Source: an uncultured Candidatus Saccharibacteria bacterium | GTDB lineage: Bacteria > Patescibacteriota > Doudnabacteria > UBA920 | NCBI GenBank assembly: GCA_964532425.1 | Contig: CAZHIA010000003.1 | Location: forward strand, 201,748-265,747 | Length of the DNA: 64,000 nucleotides | Direction: 5' to 3' | In this document: in pieces, positions 8,819-17,764 of the stretch | Layout of the letters: each line of letters opens with the position of its first letter | Numbering within the stretch: the first letter of the stretch is position 1 | Program-made: the position numbers and the translations under genes | The notes under the pieces: model-generated | Database searches by the model: none | Told to the model about the DNA's origin: nothing | The model's input: the letters and a program-made list of their open reading frames with translations, nothing else

Positions 8819-8858
8819 ACGCCTGTCCAGGACCAAATCTTGGACAGGCGTATTTTAT
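8819..8858 (+). terminator. rho-independent terminator
   Basis: ACGCCTGTCCA...TGGACAGGCGT followed by ATTTTATT. Confidence 0.55.
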
Positions 8859-8860
8859 TA

Positions 8861-8889
8861 AACCCCTTGATGGTTACCATCAAGGGGTT
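8861..8889. repeat. 13-bp perfect palindrome AACCCCTTGATGG-TTA-CCATCAAGGGGTT
   Basis: between convergent genes; CCATCA/TGATGG core, 3-nt loop. Confidence 0.6.
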
Positions 8890-8898
8890 GTTGATGTA

Positions 8899-9237
8899 TC
8901 AGTCGCGACTTTTGCTGCGGGCAACTTCCACTTCGAGCTCGGTCATAAACTCTTCCTTGGTACAGAGGCCAAGCGACTCGAACTCGCCAAGAAAGTGCCA
9001 CCAGCCCGCGACTTTGTGCTGCCAGAATAGCTGCATGGCGCGTTTTTTGTCGGCTTCGGTCCGGACTGCCGGATAGACATCGCGCCTGCCTACGTCCAGG
9101 CCGTGATCCGCAAGAAATCGATACTGCTGGCCCAATTGGGAAAGATCGCCGTCGCCGACAATGAAGTCGTACTCGGCATCATACCTGCCAGCATGGGACA
9201 GGGAATCTAAAGTTCCCGGAGCAAATGAAAATTGCAT
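8899..9237 (-). CDS. hypothetical protein
   Basis: start at MQFSFAPG Met with AAGGAGG SD; 112 aa. Confidence 0.5.
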   Translation of the reverse strand: MQFSFAPGTLDSLSHAGRYDAEYDFIVGDGDLSQLGQQYRFLADHGLDVGRRDVYPAVRTEADKKRAMQLFWQHKVAGWWHFLGEFESLGLCTKEEFMTELEVEVARSKSRD

Positions 9238-9302
9238 GACGACCTCCTTTTTAGAACTCAATAGAGTACACCCGACCGGCCAAAAAGTCAATCGCCGACA
9301 TA

Positions 9303-9338
9303 AATAAAACCCGCAGCGCGTAGTGATACGCGCTGCGG
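9303..9338 (-). terminator. rho-independent terminator of rtcB
   Basis: CCGCAGCGCGTA-TCAC-TACGCGCTGCGG followed by GTTTTATTT on minus strand. Confidence 0.6.
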
Positions 9339-9346
9339 ACCGAAGA

Positions 9347-10585
9347 CTAATCCTTATATGGGTCGAATTCGTTCTCGCCCGCCATGGCGACAATGAGCGG
9401 ACGAAGCGTGTGGAGGATTTCGATTGTATCCCCCTGCGCTTTCAATACATCCGGCAGCCGGCGATAAGCGTGCGGACTTTCGTCCAAGCCTCCACCTCGC
9501 AATATGACACCCTTTTCGGCCAGCCAAGCCTGCATCATCTCCGGACTGACCTTGCCCGGTTTGATGATTTCACCGGAGCGGAACTTGCGCTTACCCGCGG
9601 CTTCGGTCCGGCTCATGACCCTGCCGGCACCGTGCACCGTGGAGAACAACGCCTGTTCCTGGTCGAAAAGAACTTCCGGTTCGGTAGACACCGTACCCTG
9701 GACAATGACGGCATCGTCCCCCATTGAGCCGCCAATAAAACCTTTCTGTCCGGGATACGCCGGAGTAGCGCCCTTACGGACTACAATAAGATCGCGGCCG
9801 CCATGCGCCTCTTCCCAGGCGAAGTTGTGATGGTTATGAACCAGCTCAACTTCTTTGGCCCCGAGAATTGAAACAACTTTTCTCGCAACCCACTCGCGGC
9901 CGGTGTACGCGTACTCCCCGGCCAACTGCATCAGGTGCCAGTAGTCGTGGCCAAGTGGGTCGCTGAGCGACAACAGAATCTCGACCTCTTGCGCACCGCG
10001 GGCCTCCCACGGCTTGTTCTGCGAGAGGTTCAAAAACCCCGTTGCCACGCCATGACCAAAGCCACGGGAACCGAAGTGCACACCAACCCAGAGCACGCCG
10101 TTTTCATCTGCGAGCACATCCACGTAGTGGTTGCCCGAGCCGACGGTGCCCAGCTGGTTACGGGCGCGGTCTTTGAGACTGTCGCGCTGGCTCCGGTCGC
10201 CAACGAGCGACCACGCATCACTCTCAAAGAGCGGATGGTCAACCGGCGCATCGCCCGCGTTGTTAGCGCGGCCAACACCGAAGCTGATGGTCGCAGCGAT
10301 CTGGTCCGCGATCTCCGCAAGCCGCTTGTTAATGGCTGGCTGATCACTGCCGAGACTCGAAAGTGAAAGGTCAGTCCTTATGGCTGCGTTGCCGCAGGCG
10401 ATATCGAAACCGACACCCACGACACTGACTTTGTTGTCATACGCTGCCACGCCACCAATGGGCATGACATAACCCTTGTGGCCATCGGCCATAAGGGCTG
10501 CAAATTCCGCCCGGCTGGCCACATCAGCAAGCTGGGCAAATGTGCCTTCATCGTGAGTACCGAAAACTCCCAAGATTCTTCCCAT
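9347..10585 (-). CDS. rtcB: RNA ligase RtcB (short ~410-aa form)
   Basis: DGHKGYVMPIGGV, GFDIACG and C-terminal HNHAG-like His motifs of RtcB family. Confidence 0.8.
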   Translation of the reverse strand: MGRILGVFGTHDEGTFAQLADVASRAEFAALMADGHKGYVMPIGGVAAYDNKVSVVGVGFDIACGNAAIRTDLSLSSLGSDQPAINKRLAEIADQIAATISFGVGRANNAGDAPVDHPLFESDAWSLVGDRSQRDSLKDRARNQLGTVGSGNHYVDVLADENGVLWVGVHFGSRGFGHGVATGFLNLSQNKPWEARGAQEVEILLSLSDPLGHDYWHLMQLAGEYAYTGREWVARKVVSILGAKEVELVHNHHNFAWEEAHGGRDLIVVRKGATPAYPGQKGFIGGSMGDDAVIVQGTVSTEPEVLFDQEQALFSTVHGAGRVMSRTEAAGKRKFRSGEIIKPGKVSPEMMQAWLAEKGVILRGGGLDESPHAYRRLPDVLKAQGDTIEILHTLRPLIVAMAGENEFDPYKD

Positions 10586-10799
10586 AATGATTTCCTCCCT
10601 TGAAATTCTTCATATTATACACTATTTTATAATTTTTGTCAAGAGTAAGCCATTTTTAAACTTAGCCTTCTCTGTTACATTATTTGGTTTACACTCTCAC
10701 TACGATACAAAGAAGTATCACAGCAAGGGGTGGAAATAAAAAAACCGCGCCTGAGAAAACCCAAAGCGCGGGATTGAAACTACTGGACCACAGTGGTCC

Positions 10800-11705
10800 T
10801 TACCGATTGCCAATGGACAAATTACCGGAGCCGATTACCACTTTGTGCGGGCGGTTTTCCACGTACGCCAAGCTCACATTACCTGATCCCGTCATTCTCA
10901 CATCCGCGTCTTGGGCCTTGCCGCCAAAATTTACGTTACCGGAACCGGTCATGTCGACTTTGATGTTAGAAACAGCCCCGCGGTCGATGCGTACTTGAGC
11001 AGAACCGACGAGATTAATGTTCACGTGCCCATTCGTCTCGGCGATGCGAATTCTTCCGCTCCCGCTGAGAAGCAGATCTGTGTCAGTGACCTTTCCAGCT
11101 TGGATTTGGTTCGATCCGTCCAGGTTCACCAGAAGCGGGCCGAGCGTATCCCCCACCTCGGTTTTACCTCTGACCCGGTTCAGTCTCACCGGTGCGCCTT
11201 GGGGAACCTTGATGTCGACCTTCGCTAAGTCGGCACCTCCACCAGCCGTCAAGACAACATTGTTGACGATCGAATCGAAGACTCTGCCGGAAATAACAGT
11301 AGCGCCACTGACTACATACTTCGTGGCCCGGCTGGGCTGCCCGGAAATTACAAGGCACCCTTTTGATTCGTTCATAACAATCGCCTCGACCGCATCCTGC
11401 TCCCCTGAGATAGTCACCTCGATGACATCTCCTGCATGGGGCTCTATGGAAACCTTGGCGTGAACGCCGGAAACTTCCAGCACCTGGCTCCGGAATAACA
11501 ACGGACCTTTCGTAACCAATTCTGGTCCGGTGTCATTTGGCGGCGAACCGATGGTAATGTATCCCTTACCGCGATTGACGACCTGACCTGTCGATACATC
11601 ACACCAGCTGCCGTCTTCAAACTCAACGCGGCCGCCTTTGATAGCACTGAACAGCTTGTCCGAGTATACGTCTTTACCGTTTATGTTGGCAATAAGTTTT
11701 GCCAT
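10800..11705 (-). CDS. DUF2807/DUF4097-like (head GIN domain) beta-repeat protein
   Basis: repeated LSGSGRIRI / MTGSGNVNF / MTGSGNVSL strands; start moved to MAKLIAN Met with GGGGGA SD. Confidence 0.5.
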   Translation of the reverse strand: MAKLIANINGKDVYSDKLFSAIKGGRVEFEDGSWCDVSTGQVVNRGKGYITIGSPPNDTGPELVTKGPLLFRSQVLEVSGVHAKVSIEPHAGDVIEVTISGEQDAVEAIVMNESKGCLVISGQPSRATKYVVSGATVISGRVFDSIVNNVVLTAGGGADLAKVDIKVPQGAPVRLNRVRGKTEVGDTLGPLLVNLDGSNQIQAGKVTDTDLLLSGSGRIRIAETNGHVNINLVGSAQVRIDRGAVSNIKVDMTGSGNVNFGGKAQDADVRMTGSGNVSLAYVENRPHKVVIGSGNLSIGNR

Positions 11706-11914
11706 TACGTCCCCCTTTAAATCAGCGAATAAACTCCAGTATTCATGCTGACCTGCCAGTTTACCATATAAACCGCATCCTGAAAAGACCGTTTTTCTTA
11801 TGCACCAAACCCTCTTCTCCTGCCGTAGTACTATGTATGAAATAAACCAATAGGAAACTTGTATTAATGAATGCAACCTCAAAAGAGATTATTAAGTCGG
11901 AAAGGAACATAATT

Positions 11915-12727
11915 ATGAGCATATCGAAAAAAACCGCAATCATAACCGGAGCAGCCATTATCATTGCCAGCGCCGGTATTATCCGCGTCAGCTCTGCAGC
12001 CGGAACTTCGAGCACCCGTATGAGCAATCTGGTCAATGCCATTGCCAGCAAATTTAACCTTAACCCAAATGATGTCCAGCAGGTGGTTGACCAGACTCTG
12101 CAGCAGGAGCGGTCACAGCGGCAAGCGCAGTTTCTCCAAAATTACACCACGAGAATCAACCAGGCAGTGCAGAATGGACAGCTGACCCAGGATCAGGCCA
12201 ATAAAATTTTGGCTAAAGAACAGGAAGTCCAGAATTTTCTGAACAGTCTTTCCGGAAAGACCGCACAGGAACGCCAGTCCGCAGTACAGCAGGAACTCAC
12301 CTCCCTTCAGCAGTGGGCACAGGATAATAACATTCCGCAACAATACTTACCCATCGGCTTTGCCATGAAAGGCCATATGCGCGGCGGTTTCGGTATGATG
12401 GGACAGCACCCGGCTGCAGTCGGAACCGTCACGGGCGTATCTGGCAATAGCATTACCATAACTGACGGAAACAACACGACCTACACCGTAGATGCATCGA
12501 AGGCAACAATCACGAAATTGACCCCGGGCACCAACGGCGCAGCACCAACCCAAGCCACCGTGGCTGTGTCCCAGATCCAGACCGGCGACAAACTTGCGGT
12601 TGTAGGAACTCTTTCCGGCAATACCATTTCCGCTACGCAAATTACTGACGGCGTATTCGGCCGCATGGGAATGGGCGCAGGCATGGGCAGATGGATGATG
12701 CAGCCGGCCAACTCGGCAACCCAGTAA
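11915..12727 (+). CDS. hypothetical secreted Gln-rich protein
   Basis: start at MSISKK with GGAAAGGA SD; N-terminal signal/anchor; Q-rich coiled region; Gly/Met-rich tail. Confidence 0.5.
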   Translation: MSISKKTAIITGAAIIIASAGIIRVSSAAGTSSTRMSNLVNAIASKFNLNPNDVQQVVDQTLQQERSQRQAQFLQNYTTRINQAVQNGQLTQDQANKILAKEQEVQNFLNSLSGKTAQERQSAVQQELTSLQQWAQDNNIPQQYLPIGFAMKGHMRGGFGMMGQHPAAVGTVTGVSGNSITITDGNNTTYTVDASKATITKLTPGTNGAAPTQATVAVSQIQTGDKLAVVGTLSGNTISATQITDGVFGRMGMGAGMGRWMMQPANSATQ

Positions 12728-12787
12728 AAAACCGAGTCTGAATATCACAATTCAGGATCACGTCAAAAATATTGAAAGGAAATTCAT

Positions 12788-13702
12788 ATGCCGCTCAAAA
12801 TTAAATTGATGGCAACAGCAGCGCTGCTGGCCTCACTGCTCGGCTTTTCGATTCTGACTGCCGCACCGGCGCTCGCCTATAGCGGCAGGCACCAAGCCAA
12901 CCCGCCGAACATTACCGTCATCCGCCATCGCTTCGGAAACAGAGGCTTTGGTTTGGCATTCGGCTACTACCGTCTCATGAGTCCCCAAACCGGGGCAACC
13001 ACTGCATTAACGCCGCAAGCGAGCACCGTAGCACAACAGGCCTCCCCTGCCGTAGTCTACATAAACGCATATAAGAATGTACCGACATATTCGGTTGAGT
13101 ATACCCAGGCAGCTGACGGGACCATTCAGGTCAATCAAACGCAGACCGGCACCGTTAATCAGGAGATATCTTCGGGAAGCGGATTCTTCATTACATCCGG
13201 CGGTTATATACTGACCAACAAACATGTAGTCTCTGATGCGACCAACACATATATGGTCAACTATAACAACACGGAAATTCCTGCCCAAGTCATCTACCGG
13301 GATCCGAACTACGATCTGGCCATAGTGAAAGTCGATGGCAACAATTATCCCACACTCCCACTCGCAGATTCGTCAGGCGTGACTGTCGGCGAAAACGTAG
13401 TGGCTGTAGGGAACGCCCTTGGCCGGATTACTGACTACGCCACGCAGGGCACGGTCACCGCGCTATCCCAAAACATCACCGTTGACGGCGATAACGGCAG
13501 TGCTGAAAACTTGCAGAACGTGCTGCAAACGAACGCCAAACTTTACCCAGGCGATTCCGGCGGCCCGCTTTTGGACTTGAACGGAAAAGTGATTGGGGTC
13601 AATACCGCCACAACTGTTGGCAGCAGATTCGCCTCAGCCGGATTTTCCATTCCTATCAACACCGCAAAGAGCGTAATCTCCGCAGCCGGCATTACTATGT
13701 AA
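12788..13702 (+). CDS. trypsin-like (S1/Do-family) serine protease without PDZ domain
   Basis: signal peptide; catalytic triad contexts TNKHVV, DLAIVKV, GDSGGPLLD. Confidence 0.75.
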   Translation: MPLKIKLMATAALLASLLGFSILTAAPALAYSGRHQANPPNITVIRHRFGNRGFGLAFGYYRLMSPQTGATTALTPQASTVAQQASPAVVYINAYKNVPTYSVEYTQAADGTIQVNQTQTGTVNQEISSGSGFFITSGGYILTNKHVVSDATNTYMVNYNNTEIPAQVIYRDPNYDLAIVKVDGNNYPTLPLADSSGVTVGENVVAVGNALGRITDYATQGTVTALSQNITVDGDNGSAENLQNVLQTNAKLYPGDSGGPLLDLNGKVIGVNTATTVGSRFASAGFSIPINTAKSVISAAGITM

Positions 13703-13716
13703 ATACTTCAGTATTA

Positions 13717-13750
13717 AAATCCGCCCCGCAATGTGCAGGGGCGGATTTTG
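13717..13750 (+). terminator. rho-independent terminator
   Basis: AAATCCGCCCC-loop-GGGGCGGATTTT. Confidence 0.6.
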
Positions 13751-13776
13751 CATCTGACAAATGTATGGACAACCGG

Positions 13777-14133
13777 CTATCGCGGAGTAAAAATCACCTT
13801 CCTGCCACGGCGGTAGTAGACCGGCATTCCTTCATAACTTCGCGGAAACACCGCTGGTTGTTTCAGGGGAATCGCTTTACTGCCAATCGTTTCTCTTCCT
13901 TTGGGAAGATGCTCCGACTGGCGCGCATCAAGCGAAATTTCTGCCGGAATGTATTCTACGAGTAAGGCATCAATTCCCACCGGACAGCCAAACCCTTTAC
14001 TCCAGGCAGCTGTTGACTGCCAAGACGAATAGAGAGCTATTATCTGAACGGGTGGAATATCGTCCCCCTCGAGCGTACCAGGCCTGTTCCAGAATTGTTT
14101 ACTGAACCGCTCCCTCACTTGGTTTTTATCCAA
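13777..14133 (-). CDS. hypothetical protein
   Basis: 118-aa ORF, no motif recognised. Confidence 0.4.
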   Translation of the reverse strand: MDKNQVRERFSKQFWNRPGTLEGDDIPPVQIIALYSSWQSTAAWSKGFGCPVGIDALLVEYIPAEISLDARQSEHLPKGRETIGSKAIPLKQPAVFPRSYEGMPVYYRRGRKVIFTPR

Positions 14134-14263
14134 ACACCCTCCTTTTTAAGCCCTCCCATTCTACCTAACATTTAGCTTTTGTCAACCTGCCGGGTATCCC
14201 CGCGGAGGTATGCAATTTGACTTTTCTTCCAAAGCTGATACATTGACCCAGAAGGAGGAATAT

Positions 14264-14608
14264 ATGCCGGTAACTATGATACCCCGGCAAGTCGGCAACA
14301 TTACCGTATTTGACTGCGCCGGTCGCATTACGCTCGGCGAAGGAGCCACACACTTGCGCGACACTCTTCGCGAAGCGGCCGCAAAAGGCAATCAGCAGAT
14401 CTTGCTAAACCTGCACGGCGTTACCTATGTCGATCCGTCCGGCATTGGAGAGCTGGTATCCGGATTCACGACTATCACAAACCACGGCGGCCGATTAAAA
14501 CTCCTCGCGCCGGTCAGACGCGTCGAAGACCTCCTGAGAATTACCAAGCTGTATACGGTCTTTGAAGTATTCACCGACGAACCAACCGCAATACGCAGTT
14601 TCAACTAA
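14264..14608 (+). CDS. STAS-domain anti-sigma-factor antagonist (SpoIIAA-like)
   Basis: start MPVTM with GAAGGAGG SD; ITVFDCAGRITLG ... VTYVDPSGIGELV ... STAS pattern. Confidence 0.65.
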   Translation: MPVTMIPRQVGNITVFDCAGRITLGEGATHLRDTLREAAAKGNQQILLNLHGVTYVDPSGIGELVSGFTTITNHGGRLKLLAPVRRVEDLLRITKLYTVFEVFTDEPTAIRSFN

Positions 14609-14628
14609 AACTCCAGAAAGGACTGATC

Positions 14629-14874
14629 ATGACCTGCCCGAAATGCAAAGGAAGAAAATCTGTCATAGTCAAAGTTCCCGCTCTCGGCAACATTCACGCC
14701 GAAGTCAGCTGCCCGGACTGCAAAGGCACGGGTAAAATCGGCGAACCAGGAGTCTGCCAGGAATGCAACGGAAGCCGGACCGTTATGCACGACATGGGCG
14801 GTTTCTTCGCCGAAGTCAGATGCCCAAGCTGTTCAGCTCCCGTAGTCTTGGAGCCCGAACAAGCAAGCTCATAG
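14629..14874 (+). CDS. small DnaJ-type zinc-finger protein (4 x CxxCxG)
   Basis: CPKCKGRK, CPDCKGTG, CQECNGSR, CPSCS repeats. Confidence 0.55.
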   Translation: MTCPKCKGRKSVIVKVPALGNIHAEVSCPDCKGTGKIGEPGVCQECNGSRTVMHDMGGFFAEVRCPSCSAPVVLEPEQASS

Positions 14875-14894
14875 ACATCGGCTGGCACACAACA

Positions 14895-14925
14895 ACCCGG
14901 ACCACTTTGGTCCGGGTCTTTTTTA
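14895..14925 (+). terminator. rho-independent terminator
   Basis: ACCCGGACC-ACTT-GGTCCGGGT then TCTTTTTTATTT. Confidence 0.65.
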
Positions 14926-14929
14926 TTTC

Positions 14930-15760
14930 TTATATTATTGGGTGAACGGGCAGCTTACGCTTGCCCCTACGGAGAACGATCGAATGTGATAAAAGCGGAA
15001 CAAATCGGTTCTCATATGGTTGATCCATAACAAAAAGTAACGGGTGGCACTGCGTAGAGTGCCACCCGTGCTGTACGAGCGTTATGCGACAATGGAGGTC
15101 TACCGCACGGCGCACAGAGAGTGCGCTAAATATGGTTATGTTTCCTGCGAAATGTAGCAGAGCCGTATCGGATATCGCAAGACACCACATCGTGCCCACA
15201 TCTTCGGTCCCAGTCCTAGCTCACTGCGCTAGATTGTTCCGTGCAACTTCCACGGGATGAACCGGATTGTCAACATCAAACTTCGATGTATCCTCCTACC
15301 TTAGGTAGTGGTCTGGGCTGAATCCCTTTAATCTCAGATCCTGAAGCTACCCTGAGATTTTCGACCAACCATTGCAACTGGACATTATTCAACTTTAGGC
15401 CCGGGTACCACCCTGGCATCAACTTGCCGAACTTCCGGCAAGACTTGAAAGTAGTCCTTGTGTACTTCAGACAGTCTTTCTTGTTTTTCCAAGGGCCTCA
15501 TCCTATGCGGGAACCAAATCCCACGTTCGGCTTCCAGGCAAACTGCTGCCCTTCTCGCCTTATCGTCACGGCATCAGGAATCGAGTTTACGGCTCTTTAA
15601 CAGAACCGATGGTTCTTTCTTGTCATTTCTAATGTCCAGTACGGATTTTTGGTCCGTAAAATCATTTTACTCTTTGTGTGTACAGTGTCAAATTAGTTAT
15701 CAACAAGCGGGAAAAGTGCACTGATCCGTAACAACACCAGTTTCCCCGCGTCAGACCTCC
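14930..15760. other. ORF-free hairpin-rich segment (candidate structured ncRNA or decayed gene)
   Basis: no ORF above ~90 aa on either strand; multiple strong hairpins (e.g. 15040-15069 CGGGTGGCAC/GTGCCACCCG; 15107-15126; 15423-15440). Confidence 0.3.
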
Positions 15761-15774
15761 GGTAAGGAGGAATA

Positions 15775-16419
15775 TTGTTTAAACCAGCTGTCTGTATATG
15801 CGTGTTTGTCGCCAGTGTTCCCGCCCTGGCACAGTACCAGAGTGGGTTCGGCGTGGAATTACGACCGGGAGTCTTGATTCTACCGGATTACCTACAATCC
15901 ACAACGCTGCGGATCAACCCCACACTCACCCAAACCTTCCTCGCTCCCCACCGGGGTTTTTACCTGTTCAGCGGCAGCATTGCACCGGAATTGTATTGGC
16001 ACCGCTTTGCGGTCCGTGGCGGACCGGTATTTACCTACCCGATGTACCCGACCAGGGACACTACGGCATTAACCTCAAGCCAGTTCTCAATCGGCATGGA
16101 GCAAAAGATGATTGTCTCCGGCTTTGGGGAAATGCAGTTCAACTTAACGAAAAGTTTCTCGGTCATAGCGGGCTACACCCAGAACCGCTACAACCTCGAA
16201 GCCAACTACCCTCCGGGTACGATAAATCGCTTCTCCCGGCATACACTCCGTTTACCCTACGGCGGCATCCGTTTCCAGCCCAGTGTGCTCGGAATGTACG
16301 CTACAATCGGTCCACTGTCCGAAAGCATGACACTACTGCGGCCAAATACCGACATAACCATGAGCACTCCAACTTATTTCGTCTCCGCAGGTCTGGTCTT
16401 TGACTTCTCCTGGCATTAG
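15775..16419 (+). CDS. secreted beta-rich protein, outer-membrane beta-barrel-like
   Basis: TAAGGAGG SD then TTG start; signal peptide; alternating amphipathic strands; C-terminal ...VFDFSWH. Confidence 0.45.
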   Translation: MFKPAVCICVFVASVPALAQYQSGFGVELRPGVLILPDYLQSTTLRINPTLTQTFLAPHRGFYLFSGSIAPELYWHRFAVRGGPVFTYPMYPTRDTTALTSSQFSIGMEQKMIVSGFGEMQFNLTKSFSVIAGYTQNRYNLEANYPPGTINRFSRHTLRLPYGGIRFQPSVLGMYATIGPLSESMTLLRPNTDITMSTPTYFVSAGLVFDFSWH

Positions 16420-16564
16420 CAGACCGCTTCACAAAGCGAGGTTAGAAAAAACCTCGCAACCGAAAGCCGTTTCATCCGCTCCGGCGGTCTTGGAACGGCC
16501 ATTTTCATTTCCAAATAGCTGCTCCTGAACTATACTTAAAGCATAGATATTGCAGGAGGAAATA

Positions 16565-17680
16565 ATGCAGTTTCTTACCGGCATCGACACTCCGATGCCA
16601 GATGTTATGAAAGATGGCGGCGTTGTCTGGAACCATCATGCGAAATGGAATCAATGGGAAACACATTGGGAAGATGACCTGCGCTGGCATGCCGACAACG
16701 GTTTTCGGCTGTTACGCTTCAATATTCCATGGTCGCTGATCCAGCCCAAACAGAACATCTTTGACTTCACGGTACTTGGGCCACAGATCGAGCTTGCCCG
16801 CAAACTTGGCATCGAGATCGTCTATCCGCTCGCGCACTTCAACTACCCGTACTGGATCTGCCGTGACGACGAGCTTCATCCCACACTGGCTTCAGGATTA
16901 GCTGATGCACTGGCACTGTATGCCGAGGTAGCCAAACGGGAATTCTCTTTCCACTATATTATTCCCATAGTCGAAATCAGCATCGATTGTATGCTGCGTA
17001 GCGCGGATTCGCGATGGGCTGACCACAGCGGAGTCTGGGCGCCCCATGCCCGGGGCGTTCGCGAAGTGATGGAACACAATCTCACCAGGGCTTTCGTGAC
17101 CGCCGCGGCCAACCTCCAGCACCGATCCGGCTCGCTGATCCTCTGCTCAGAACCTGCTTCCGCGCTGGACATCGTAAAAAATATCAGTCGCTATTGCGAC
17201 ATCCTCGGCATGGATTACTATCCAAAATTCCACCGTCATCCAAAAAACGGCGAACCAGATCTCTCAGACCGCCTCAAACAATGGAGCATCCTGTTCAAAC
17301 GCCCGATCGCCATAACCGAATACGGAATTCCCGAAACGTACGATTGGGACAGGCAACGCGACCAGCCCGATTTGCACATTCGTGCCGGAGATTGCCGGAA
17401 CCGGACCCAGGCAGCCAAGTACTTATTCCGGGAGATCCGCAAAGCCAAACAAGCCGGAGTGACGATTCCCTTCGCGGGATGGTTCCCGAGCATTGATAAC
17501 CGCGGCTGGGAAAGCCTGCTCACGAAAGACCCAGGAAATGCTGCCGGCAATCGCGCCGGCATTGTCGATCTGGAGTGGGAAGATAGCAAACTCCGGCGCG
17601 TCCCCTGCGCTGAACTGGTTGCGGAACTTCACACCCTTAGCGATTACAAGCAAGCCAAAGAAGCATCCACATCAACGTAA
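16565..17680 (+). CDS. TIM-barrel glycoside hydrolase (GH1/GH5-like)
   Basis: AGGAGG SD; ITEYGIPE resembles GH1 nucleophile motif I/VTENG. Confidence 0.5.
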   Translation: MQFLTGIDTPMPDVMKDGGVVWNHHAKWNQWETHWEDDLRWHADNGFRLLRFNIPWSLIQPKQNIFDFTVLGPQIELARKLGIEIVYPLAHFNYPYWICRDDELHPTLASGLADALALYAEVAKREFSFHYIIPIVEISIDCMLRSADSRWADHSGVWAPHARGVREVMEHNLTRAFVTAAANLQHRSGSLILCSEPASALDIVKNISRYCDILGMDYYPKFHRHPKNGEPDLSDRLKQWSILFKRPIAITEYGIPETYDWDRQRDQPDLHIRAGDCRNRTQAAKYLFREIRKAKQAGVTIPFAGWFPSIDNRGWESLLTKDPGNAAGNRAGIVDLEWEDSKLRRVPCAELVAELHTLSDYKQAKEASTST

Positions 17681-17685
17681 GACAC

Positions 17686-17716
17686 AAAAACCCCGTCGCG
17701 ATCGCGACGGGGTTTT
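17686..17716. terminator. bidirectional terminator
   Basis: AAAAA-CCCCGTCGCGATCGCGACGGGG-TTTT palindrome between convergent genes. Confidence 0.65.
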
Positions 17717-17764
17717 ACTATTCACTCAGCACTAATCACTATGTACTATGAGCTAATTACTGTA

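Noticed and set aside
8174-8836. 220-aa minus-strand ORF overlapping the 8285-8803 plus-strand gene
   Set aside because: Lies antisense across a GC-rich gene that has SD, zinc-ribbon motifs and a terminator; typical high-GC shadow ORF with Arg/Ala/Gly-rich nonsense composition.
12347-12748. 133-aa minus-strand ORF opposite the 11915-12727 secreted-protein gene
   Set aside because: Shadow of a Gly/Met/Ala-rich coding tail; overlaps a gene with SD and signal peptide.
14930-15760. RNase P RNA, tmRNA, 5S or group II intron identity for the ORF-free structured segment
   Set aside because: No P4 pairing partners (AAGUCCGG/CCGGCUUA), no tRNA-like CUCCACCA end, no 5S loop motifs, and no AGC-GNRA domain V hairpin despite a GTGCG at 15121. 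Left as unclassified structured region.
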